The notes beneath the pieces were generated by a model. It did no database searches. It was not told the DNA's origin and saw only the letters and a program-made list of their open reading frames with translations. The position numbers and the translations under genes were made by a program. A DNA stretch of 64,000 nt from Bacteroidetes bacterium 2013_40CM_41_45 (GTDB lineage Bacteria; Bacteroidota; Bacteroidia; AKYH767-A; 2013-40CM-41-45). This document shows positions 52,739 to 61,146 of the stretch, one piece after another. The stretch lies in NCBI GenBank assembly GCA_002215675.1, contig NGFH01000002.1:10452-74451 (forward strand). The letters run 5' to 3'. Position 1 is the first letter of the stretch. Every line of letters starts with the position of its first letter.

Positions 52739-53341
52739 TTATATCTTGATTATTTTCCTGACTATTTTTTTTCCTGTCTCATCCGTTAAAGCGATGAAAT
52801 AAATCCCGCTTGGATAGTTGCTGATGTCAAGCGAATATGCGGCTGAGTTTATTTGTGTATTCTCTAAAACTTTTCCAAGTTCGTTGCAAAGCAGTAATGT
52901 ACCGCGCATTTCTTTGGCAAAGCTTAATGTTACTTGTGTTGTGACAGGGTTAGGATAAACAGAGATATTCTCTTGGAATTTATTTTCGGCAACGATTGTA
53001 GGATTCTGGACAATAATCATTCCTTTCATACCCAATGAGGCGTGCGGCTGGCAAACATACCAATGTGTTCCTATAGTAAGTTGTGAAGAAGAAACCAAGC
53101 CACCACCCATAGGAGTAGCGAAACCACCCGGAAGGGCAGTGTTGCCATTGGCATTCCATGTCGCCTGACTTACCTCTACCGCATTATGTATAGATGCAAG
53201 TGAAAAAAGTACGTTGTCACCGGCATTTATAGTTACTGTCGGAGGAGAAAAAGTAAATCCTGAATTTACAATGGTTATGGTAGTGCATAAAGCAATTCCT
53301 GAAAAGAGTGTGAAAGCAAAGAAGAATAAAAAGTTTTTCAT
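52739..53341 (-). CDS. Cupredoxin (plastocyanin/azurin-like) protein with T9SS type A sorting domain
   Basis: Copper-site-like YVCQPHASLGMKGMIIV. The C-terminus reads VYPNPVTTQVTLSF ... GIYFIALTDETGKKIVRKIIKI. Confidence 0.75.
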   Translation of the reverse strand: MKNFLFFFAFTLFSGIALCTTITIVNSGFTFSPPTVTINAGDNVLFSLASIHNAVEVSQATWNANGNTALPGGFATPMGGGLVSSSQLTIGTHWYVCQPHASLGMKGMIIVQNPTIVAENKFQENISVYPNPVTTQVTLSFAKEMRGTLLLCNELGKVLENTQINSAAYSLDISNYPSGIYFIALTDETGKKIVRKIIKI

Positions 53342-53377
53342 TTCGTTTTGGGTTTAACAATTAGTAATATTGATTTT

Positions 53378-53728
53378 TTAATGAACAATAACGGTAGCTG
53401 TCATGCTCGGATGGATGGAACATTTATATGAATACGAGCCTGCAGTGGTAAACTTGTGACTATAAGTTGCACCACCATTCAAGTTACCGCTTTCGAACAA
53501 ACCGGTATTGCTTGTAACGGTATGTGCAACTCCGTCTTTGTTTGTCCATGTTATCATAGTGTTTACAGCCACGGTAATAGAACTCGGGTTGAATGCCATA
53601 TTTTGTATCCACACTTCATTAGCACCGGGGCTAGATGTTGACATGGGCATATTGTCCTGCTTTTTACATCCGGCAATTGCAAAGGCAATTGCAATTAGAA
53701 CAAATGCTGATTGAATTTTATATTTCAT
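53378..53728 (-). CDS. Cupredoxin lipoprotein (amicyanin/plastocyanin-like)
   Basis: Lipobox IAGCKK, GVAHTV and the C-terminal YSYKCSIHPSMTATVIV copper-ligand pattern (C..H....M). Confidence 0.75.
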   Translation of the reverse strand: MKYKIQSAFVLIAIAFAIAGCKKQDNMPMSTSSPGANEVWIQNMAFNPSSITVAVNTMITWTNKDGVAHTVTSNTGLFESGNLNGGATYSHKFTTAGSYSYKCSIHPSMTATVIVH

Positions 53729-53863
53729 AGTTTTAGTTTTTATTACTTGATGATTTATTTTTAACAGCAGAAGGTGTATCCCTGCATATGTAACTACAGC
53801 GTACCTTCACTTCTACATTGCGGAAACATTGCAGGGATACCTTCTGTGCGTAAAGAGCTTCGC

Positions 53864-54358
53864 TTAATTTGAAAGATTAAAAGCGGCCTTTACTTCCCTG
53901 TAATTTCCCATATTTACATTTGGGTTTTGCCTTGCAATTGCAGGAGGGATGATCACCACTTTGAAAGTCATGGATGGCGGATTGGGAATCATTACCGAGG
54001 CTCGCGCATCGGCAGATTGCACTTCTACAATTTTTGTTGCCGGGTCATAGTTGAACTCAAGTGTGATTCCGTAATCTACATGCGGCAGCGCAGCCCAATT
54101 GTTGTCGTCCTGTACATAAAGAAAAACGCCTCCGCTCACATTGGTAGCGGCAGGCAACGTATACGTAGCACCCCATTGAAGGCCAGCGCTGTCTGCTACC
54201 CACTGGGTGCTGTCAATATTGAACGTTAAGCTCTGAACATTTGCATTGCCTGTTGCGCCAGTTGCACCGTTTGGCCCGGCGGGCCCTGTGTCCCCCTTTT
54301 TACACGATGCAAATGCAATCGTAATAATCATTGTTGATAGAAGAAATTTTGTTTTCAT
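53864..54358 (-). CDS. Lipoprotein with a short collagen-like G-X-Y stretch
   Basis: Lipobox FASCKK followed by GDTGPAGPNGATGATG, then a beta-rich domain. Confidence 0.55.
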   Translation of the reverse strand: MKTKFLLSTMIITIAFASCKKGDTGPAGPNGATGATGNANVQSLTFNIDSTQWVADSAGLQWGATYTLPAATNVSGGVFLYVQDDNNWAALPHVDYGITLEFNYDPATKIVEVQSADARASVMIPNPPSMTFKVVIIPPAIARQNPNVNMGNYREVKAAFNLSN

Positions 54359-54448
54359 TTTTTATTTTTAATGTATCATTTTCCCTACTCTGTTGCTGGA
54401 TTTTCGGGTTCCTCCGAAGTCATTATTGAACAATCCGGTTTCTAATTA

Positions 54449-54925
54449 TCAGTGGTGTACAACCGGACACCAATAAACCTCATCGGTCATATTTAAAGTG
54501 ATTTCACCACTGGCAGCAGCAGCTAACACCTCGTTATCACTGTATAACTGGTGCGGAATGAAATTAGCGTTGAAAACAATCTGTACTTCTCTCCACACCG
54601 GATTCATACCATCCCCAGGTATAGCATCTATCACACTGATAAAAGGTTGGTTATTGGGCAACCCGTTGTCAGATTGATAAATGAAGTTGATGCTGCCGTT
54701 ATGTGCAATAAGGTTTGCTGCAGCCGTAGCAGAAAATTGCTCAAAAATAATTGTATGCATCACAGAGTCATAAAAAGCAGGTATAGCGCTTCCGATGCCA
54801 TGTATACTTTTGGGAGTACCCATTGTATTATTCATTGCTCCAACAGGTGATTGCATTTCTGTTTTGCTGCACGATGCTGCAAACAGCATTGTGATTGCAG
54901 CAATAATTGTTGTTATTTTTTTCAT
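54449..54925 (-). CDS. Hypothetical lipoprotein
   Basis: Lipobox FAASCSK. 158 aa, ending CPVVHH. No family recognised. Confidence 0.5.
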   Translation of the reverse strand: MKKITTIIAAITMLFAASCSKTEMQSPVGAMNNTMGTPKSIHGIGSAIPAFYDSVMHTIIFEQFSATAAANLIAHNGSINFIYQSDNGLPNNQPFISVIDAIPGDGMNPVWREVQIVFNANFIPHQLYSDNEVLAAAASGEITLNMTDEVYWCPVVHH

Positions 54926-55183
54926 GTTCTTTTTTTTAAAAATTGTTTATTAAATTGATGATCATTTTTTTTCGATTTATGACGAAATCGCATGGTAAGC
55001 GCGGGTGGTTAGTCCATAAAAACCCATTTATTATTTTATTGGATTTTAAATTGTGAATTAATAATAACAGTACTAGCCTGTTTTTAACATTGACGGGAAG
55101 CAGCAAGGCACGGTTGCGTGATGCAATAAAAAAAATGAAAGCGGCTTAAAGACCGATCTTTATCGCATACAAAAAATCAGTAA

Positions 55184-56653
55184 TCAGAAATGACAGGAAA
55201 TACCTGTGTTTAATCCAAAAGAATATGGATAACAATATAAGTAAGTACTTTGAGTGAGAGAGGTAATTGAACCTCTGAACGAAGGTTCAATAAAAATACT
55301 TAAGCCATTATTAAAATGATATTCCGCACCAACGCCAAAAAGATAACCATAGTTCATTTTCTTGAGCCATGAAATGCTATTGACAATTTTGGTTTCAGTA
55401 TTTCCGATGGTCACCGTTGCTTTTTCCTCAAGAACAAAGTTGGCGGAAATCCCTGCATTGGAGTAAAAAGTAAACTTACCATGCGCAACCTGGAACCTCG
55501 CCAGTAATGGAACATTTATAAATTTAACGGTCTGTTCGCAGCCAACCGGTACATTCAAACTGTCGCCATCATGCAAAACGGCATTACCCGTATTAGGAAT
55601 CTCGATGACTCCGCACGAAGTGGGATACTGATAATGCACTTCATCGGCTGAATTATTCCTTGCATAAATAGTATGCAGAGTAGCCGCATAAGCAATGGCG
55701 GAATAGCTGGCGCCCGATGCAATGCTCCATTTTTTCGATAAATCATATCGAACCATTAACCCGGTGTTAAACGAAAACCGAGATTTTTCGCGGGCATAAT
55801 ATTCCGATATATTCTCGGCGTAATTCATGTCATTATCTTTCAAATGATTCCTTGAATAATTAGGCGAGTAAAAGACAGCGAGTGAAAAACGTGATAAGCG
55901 ATTGCCTTGCTTATTTGAAAGCGAATCGCGCATTGCATTGGCACGAGTTGAATCTTGGCTTGCCAAACCCTGTACTGCCGGGTTCTCAGTGCTTACAATT
56001 GGACTGCCGGAACTTTCAGGAAGATGAGATGGGGGGTTTTTTTCGCTGACATCCGTTTTCTTTTCTTCTGAAGATAGACTTGCTGGCACTTCATTTATTT
56101 GAGGTAAATTATCTTCTTTATTATTATTGGTATTAATGTTCCCCTGGCTTATTAATGTTTTATCATTTTGATTCCTTGATTCCCCAGCTTTTTTATTTGC
56201 CGCCAACACACTTACAGGTTTCTTCAGGGAATTATTCCTTTTGTGCGCTATCGCCGGTTCATTTGTCGAGTTCGGTAAAGTATGCTTCGCTTCAGACGGA
56301 ACAGTCTTATGAGCGGCTTTACTTGCAGCAGGTATGTTGTTGAATTCTCTTTGAACATTGGAAGGAGAACTATCAGTGTTGTTATGATTAACGGGTAAAG
56401 TTTTTTGAACAACATTCGCTGTCGTATCAGCATGACCAGAAGGTGATAAATAATGATATGCAACAAAAGAGGTTAATAATAAAACAAGGCAAATGGAAAG
56501 TAATTTAAAGCGGTCGCCTCTTCGCTTATAAATTAATGCCTGCTTTTTTTCCAAATCAGCATCAAGCCGGTTCCATGCATTAGAAGGCGGCTCCATCCTG
56601 AACGTCTTTTTGGCGATCGGAGATAATTTATTTATATCTTTATTCTCTTCCAT
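55184..56653 (-). CDS. Anti-sigma-like membrane protein with a C-terminal outer-membrane beta-barrel-type domain
   Basis: Cytoplasmic N-terminus, TM helix LLSICLVLLLTSFVAY, a long low-complexity Ser/Asn/Lys linker and a beta-strand-rich C-terminus ending in F. It follows the ECF sigma gene with a 6-nt gap. Confidence 0.6.
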   Translation of the reverse strand: MEENKDINKLSPIAKKTFRMEPPSNAWNRLDADLEKKQALIYKRRGDRFKLLSICLVLLLTSFVAYHYLSPSGHADTTANVVQKTLPVNHNNTDSSPSNVQREFNNIPAASKAAHKTVPSEAKHTLPNSTNEPAIAHKRNNSLKKPVSVLAANKKAGESRNQNDKTLISQGNINTNNNKEDNLPQINEVPASLSSEEKKTDVSEKNPPSHLPESSGSPIVSTENPAVQGLASQDSTRANAMRDSLSNKQGNRLSRFSLAVFYSPNYSRNHLKDNDMNYAENISEYYAREKSRFSFNTGLMVRYDLSKKWSIASGASYSAIAYAATLHTIYARNNSADEVHYQYPTSCGVIEIPNTGNAVLHDGDSLNVPVGCEQTVKFINVPLLARFQVAHGKFTFYSNAGISANFVLEEKATVTIGNTETKIVNSISWLKKMNYGYLFGVGAEYHFNNGLSIFIEPSFRGSITSLTQSTYLYCYPYSFGLNTGISCHF

Positions 56654-56659
56654 GCATTT

Positions 56660-57232
56660 TTAAACTGCTTGTTCCCATTCTTTCATATTTTCCTTTACTG
56701 CCTGCTGCAAGATAGCTCTTGCACGCGACAGGTTTGATTTTGAAGTTCCCTCTGAGATTCTCAATTTCTTTGCTATCTCATGATGCTTCAATCCTTCAAA
56801 CTCATATAAATTAAAAACCATTTTATATTGAGGAGGTAACTTCTGAATCAGAAGCATTAAATCCTCTGTTTCCATGCGGCTAAGAACATTATTGGAGAAA
56901 TAATTACTGGGTTCATTTTGATTATCGTCAATACTGACGACAACAATCATATGTGAATTCTTTCTGTATTTCTCTATGGCTGTGTTAACCATTATTCTTC
57001 TTATCCAGGCTCCCAATGGTCCTGCTTTTTTATAATTCTTTATATTCTCAAACACCTTCATAAAACCTTCGTGAAAAGTGTCTTCAGCTTCTTCCCGGCT
57101 TGACGAGTATTTAAAACAGACCGCAAACATCTGGGCAGAAAATAAATTATAAAGTCTATTCTGGGCTTGCCTGTCCCATTCAATACACCCTCTAATAAGT
57201 ATATCTTCGCTTTCCTCGTTCAAGCTTTCCAC
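56660..57232 (-). CDS. ECF-type RNA polymerase sigma-70 factor
   Basis: Region 2 (EDTFHEGFMKVF, GAWIRRIMVNTAI) and region 4 HTH (FEGLKHHEIAKKLRISEGTSKSNLSRAR). Confidence 0.9.
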   Translation of the reverse strand: MESLNEESEDILIRGCIEWDRQAQNRLYNLFSAQMFAVCFKYSSSREEAEDTFHEGFMKVFENIKNYKKAGPLGAWIRRIMVNTAIEKYRKNSHMIVVVSIDDNQNEPSNYFSNNVLSRMETEDLMLLIQKLPPQYKMVFNLYEFEGLKHHEIAKKLRISEGTSKSNLSRARAILQQAVKENMKEWEQAV

Positions 57233-57728
57233 TTTAACTGTATTTATATTGATGGTAAACTGGTGAAAATGGTTGCGTTGTTATGAAAAACAGATGTATA
57301 TCAGAAGTTAAGAACAGCTTTCATGTTATTAAAAAGTTCAACTTTTGAACAGTTTGGTCTACAAAATTGAAGTTAAGTGATTAACTTTCTGTTGCTTTAT
57401 TTTTTTGCGTACACATTTGCGTACACTTAAAGGTCGTGTGTTTCTGCACTTTTTCTAGACTACTCTCAGTTATTGAAAGTTTTTTTTCATTGTTAATTGT
57501 TTTTGTGAAAATCTCTATAGTTTTTATCCAACCTTAATTTTCGGGAAAGAATATGTCAGAATTTTTGCTGGTGCAATTCTTGAAGATATTTAGCTACTAA
57601 AAAAAAATATCTGAATAATAATGAGACGCGCTACTTAACCACATGGATTATCGGATAATAAACAGTTATCCCCTATTCATTTCTTTTTTGATTTTAGAAG
57701 ATGATAAATTTTTGTCTTTTCGCCCTTT

Positions 57729-58772
57729 TTATTTATTAATTAAAGGTGATATGCGGGAGCCAATTAATTCTATTGCCTGCAATACTTTCGGATTTGGTGT
57801 ACTTGCAACATCCATCTGAAAAGTAACTCTCGAAATTCCTCCAAGCGCTTTGCCGTGTCTTAATATTTTCTCAGCTACTTCGTCAGGATTACCAACCAAC
57901 AAAGCACCCAGCGGACCTAACTGGGCTTCGAACCGTTGGCGTGTCATCATGGGCCAGCCACGCTCTCTGCCAACCGTATTCATGGTTTGCGCATAGCCGG
58001 GGTAAAAATCATTAATCGCTTCTTCAGTAGTATTTGCAACATAGCCAAGTGAATGCAAACCCACTTTTAATTTTTCAGGGGAATGTCCTGCTTTTGCCCA
58101 GGCCTCCTTGTAGAGGTCTACAAGCGGTCGGAAATGATGTGTTTCGCCTCCAATAATTGCAACCATCAATGGCAATCCAAGAGCACCTGCCCGGACAAAA
58201 GATTCCGGTGTGCCCCCAACACCCAGCCATATAGGAAACGGTTTTTGTAATGGTCTTGGGTAAACAGGAAGATTGTTAAGTGCGGGACGAAATTTACCGG
58301 ACCATGTTACAAATTCATTCTCCCGAATTTTAAGCAACAGGTCAAGCTTCTCTGCAAAGAGTTCATCATAATCATCTAACCTGAAACCGAACAATGGAAA
58401 AGCTTCTATGGATGAACCGCGTCCGACAACCATTTCTGCACGCCCTTTAGAAATTAAATCCAGCGTAGCAAAGTTTTGAAATACTCTGACAGGGTCAGCT
58501 GCACTGAGTACTGTAACAGCGCTGGTGAGACGTATTCGTTTTGTACGGGCTGCTGCTGCAGCAAGAATAACTACAGGTGCTGAGTCAAGCATCTCTTTGC
58601 GATGGTGTTCACCTATTCCAAACACATCAAGACCTACTTTGTCCGCAAGCTCTATTCTGTCAAGCAAGTTTGCAATAGCCTCTTCACTGCTTTCTATTTT
58701 GTGCTCGGCATCTCCAAAGGATGCAGCAAAACTATCAATCCCGATTTCCATTAGCTTTTTAATGGTTGTCAT
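57729..58772 (-). CDS. LLM-class (luciferase-like) flavin-dependent oxidoreductase
   Basis: IGIDSFAA..., GLDVFGIGEHH and VVGRGS motifs. 347 aa. Confidence 0.85.
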   Translation of the reverse strand: MTTIKKLMEIGIDSFAASFGDAEHKIESSEEAIANLLDRIELADKVGLDVFGIGEHHRKEMLDSAPVVILAAAAARTKRIRLTSAVTVLSAADPVRVFQNFATLDLISKGRAEMVVGRGSSIEAFPLFGFRLDDYDELFAEKLDLLLKIRENEFVTWSGKFRPALNNLPVYPRPLQKPFPIWLGVGGTPESFVRAGALGLPLMVAIIGGETHHFRPLVDLYKEAWAKAGHSPEKLKVGLHSLGYVANTTEEAINDFYPGYAQTMNTVGRERGWPMMTRQRFEAQLGPLGALLVGNPDEVAEKILRHGKALGGISRVTFQMDVASTPNPKVLQAIELIGSRISPLINK

Positions 58773-58799
58773 TTATCTGTTGTTCTAACAAAATTACAT

Positions 58800-59174
58800 T
58801 TAATTACTTCCTGTATTCGCAGGTTTTAAAAACATTGACCGGTCTCTCAGGAAAACAGCTATCCAGACTATAGTTAATAAAATTGCCGCTGTAGGAATCC
58901 TGCCACTTGCTAATTCTATTGACAAAGCTCCTCCTAGGTAAGAACATACCAGGAAGAAACCAATGTTGCGCGTTTTAGGAATCCATAAAAGTGCTACCGA
59001 CAACAATTCGATGAGTCCTAAAAGAATTAAGTTGTAATTGCCCATCCCGGCTTTACTAAGACTCTCTGCCATTTGTTGGGAACCGGTGAGTTTCATAACT
59101 GAACTCATTACGAGCATAAGCGAAGGTATCGCCATCAGCACGATTGAAGTAATACGTTTACTTTTTGTTGACAT
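58800..59174 (-). CDS. DoxX-like 4-TM membrane protein
   Basis: 124 aa with four helices, located in the HxlR-adjacent position common for DoxX-like genes. Confidence 0.6.
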   Translation of the reverse strand: MSTKSKRITSIVLMAIPSLMLVMSSVMKLTGSQQMAESLSKAGMGNYNLILLGLIELLSVALLWIPKTRNIGFFLVCSYLGGALSIELASGRIPTAAILLTIVWIAVFLRDRSMFLKPANTGSN

Positions 59175-59253
59175 GATTTTTAGTTTTTTAAATTATAAAT
59201 TAAAATAATTAACGATGCAAAATTATTGCATACTTAGTTTACAATTGATATTA

Positions 59254-59288
59254 ATTTCCTTTTAGAAACTGATTTCCTTTATGAAACT
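59254..59288. promoter_or_regulatory. Tandem 17-nt direct repeat in the divergent HxlR/DoxX-like promoter region
   Basis: ATTTCCTTTTAGAAACT (59254-59270) and ATTTCCTTTATGAAACT (59272-59288). Confidence 0.35.
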
Positions 59289-59348
59289 ATGTTAAATTAT
59301 TCTACCTTTGTGGCATAAATTTGTACCGGGACTAAGGAAAAACAAGAG

Positions 59349-59708
59349 ATGAAAAAGAAAATAACTGAAACACATGCTGAATGCTCAAAGGAATTATTGG
59401 CTATAAAAGATGCGATGGATATATTGAGCGGTAAATGGAAAATTCACATTATTGCCACATTGACTTATGAGGGGCGGGCTTTGCGGTTTATGGATTTATT
59501 AAGGCTCGTTGATGGAATTGCGGCAAAAATGTTGTCAAAAGAATTACATGATCTTGAAACTAATTTACTTATTAAAAGAACGGTGATGAATACCAAACCT
59601 GTTACTGTTGAGTATGAATTAACTCCCCACGGCAAGACATTAGAAAAAACAATTAAGGAAATACACCTTTGGGGAAAATCGCACAGGAAAAAAATAATCG
59701 GCAAGTAA
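59349..59708 (+). CDS. HxlR-family transcriptional regulator
   Basis: AMDILSGKWKIHIIATL, RFMDLLRLVDGIAAKMLSKELHDLETNLLIKR and the VEYELTPHG wing. Confidence 0.85.
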   Translation: MKKKITETHAECSKELLAIKDAMDILSGKWKIHIIATLTYEGRALRFMDLLRLVDGIAAKMLSKELHDLETNLLIKRTVMNTKPVTVEYELTPHGKTLEKTIKEIHLWGKSHRKKIIGK

Positions 59709-59926
59709 TCAATCAAGGATAACTGAAGATTATCAATACTTCAGATATGCTCTTGTGCAAAAATTCAATAATATGTTGTTGCTGAAAACACTCATGTGGG
59801 AGAATGATTAATATTATTATTTGTTGCCTCCCGTTAACAAACAATTAAATGTTTTAACCTGGCTTTAACCAGAAAATTAAAATCATTACAACTTTAACAT
59901 TACCACTGACATATAGGTTAATAACG

Positions 59927-59990
59927 TACCCGGAGTCGGAGTCGAACCGACATGTTGTTGCCAACACTGGTGTTTGAGACCAGCGACTGT
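59927..59990 (-). tRNA. 3' fragment of tRNA-Leu(CAA), from the anticodon arm to the discriminator, lacking a 5' half; probable att-site duplicate
   Basis: The minus strand reads CTGGT-CTCAAAC-ACCAG (anticodon CAA), a long variable arm TGTTG-GCAA-CAACA, T arm GTCGG-TTCGACT-CCGAC and acceptor TCCGGGT-A. No complementary ACCCGGA or D-arm exists in the 60 nt upstream. Confidence 0.7.
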
Positions 59991-60175
59991 GTTTTAAGAC
60001 TTACAAATTTTAATGTTTTTCAAATTTTCAATCTGCAAAAGGGTGCACTTCTAGACATTTCCCCACTTAATTTCCCCACTCGCTCCTCACTTGCTTTTCT
60101 TTCTTCAAGTGGTTTTAAAATTCCACTAACAATTCAAAAATCTTCCGTCAATTATGGAGCTAAACCATATGAATC

Positions 60176-61117
60176 ATGAGCCAAACTGCTATTCCCTCAA
60201 CCTATTGGGAAGAAGAGTTAAGAGATGAAAAGCCCGTTGACTTTTATCCAACGCCTTCAGATCCAAGTCACATCTTAGTGAGTCGTTACCTTCCGATTGA
60301 AGGGAAAGAAGTAATTGGACACATCCATATTCTATATGACGAGGGCGGAATCTGGTATGTCAGCACGAATCGTAAAAATCGGGAAATATTTCCTCCAACT
60401 TCCGATTTCAGTTTTGTAGCAGCCAGGTATCAGAGGTATGCCCACCTGCTTGCTCTTCAGCAGCGAATAAAAAATCAAAGACAGATAGTTATTAAAAACC
60501 TTAACATAAAAACCCACAACAAAATGAAAACACAAAATCAAAATCCACAACAGAAAATGCAGAAAGAAAATCAATTTAGATTCATCGAGTATGAACGCGC
60601 AAAAGGCGATGGACATTTTTTAACCATTGCGGATTCCTACCACAATGTCATTGGCAGAGTCCATAAAACTTTTAATGATGAGACAAAGAAATACGAATAC
60701 GTTGCCTTTGACCATGCCGGAAATATTTTTTCCAAAAGTGATCGGCTCTGGGATGTAAAAAAAGAATTTATCAATAACCGCGAACAGCTTTTGGAGCAAG
60801 CTCATCAAAGACGCATTGAAAGCAAGCAGCAGTCAAAAACAGTTGCGCCTGAAAAACTGCAGGCGAAACAACCCGTCAAAACTCAGGAAAGAAAAAATGA
60901 AATGGAAAATCTGCGTGGAGAAAAACCCGGAAGGGGAAAGCAGGTCGAAATGCCGAGTGACAAAGCGGAGGAGCGCGACGACAGCCCTAGAAGTGAAGTT
61001 GGAAGCAATGGCAACGTAGATAATGAAAACAGCCAGCATCAGGAACGCGAAGATGAATTGGCTGACCTGCGCGATTCGCAAGATGACGACAGGGGAGATA
61101 TGGATATGGACAGATAA
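60176..61117 (+). CDS. Hypothetical protein with weak internal duplication and a highly charged, acidic tail
   Basis: 313 aa. Two segments share the pattern H.L...VIG..H...Y.YV...N.IF. The C-terminal 90 aa are Lys/Glu/Asp-rich and end in DDDRGDMDMDR. Confidence 0.55.
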   Translation: MSQTAIPSTYWEEELRDEKPVDFYPTPSDPSHILVSRYLPIEGKEVIGHIHILYDEGGIWYVSTNRKNREIFPPTSDFSFVAARYQRYAHLLALQQRIKNQRQIVIKNLNIKTHNKMKTQNQNPQQKMQKENQFRFIEYERAKGDGHFLTIADSYHNVIGRVHKTFNDETKKYEYVAFDHAGNIFSKSDRLWDVKKEFINNREQLLEQAHQRRIESKQQSKTVAPEKLQAKQPVKTQERKNEMENLRGEKPGRGKQVEMPSDKAEERDDSPRSEVGSNGNVDNENSQHQEREDELADLRDSQDDDRGDMDMDR

Positions 61118-61146
61118 ATCAATTTCTAACCTTAAAATTAATCAAC

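Noticed and set aside
57233-57728. A 0.5-kb AT-rich non-coding gap upstream of the ECF sigma gene, with several 6-7-bp palindromes and a TGCGTACAC direct repeat (about 57408-57428).
   Set aside because: The dyads are short and AT-rich, as expected by chance in such sequence. There is no ORF, tRNA-like fold or repeat-family match. It is probably just promoter or spacer DNA.
59952-60179. A 75-aa plus-strand ORF starting inside the tRNA-Leu fragment.
   Set aside because: It overlaps the tRNA-derived sequence and the AT-rich att-proximal region. It has no motif and is probably spurious.
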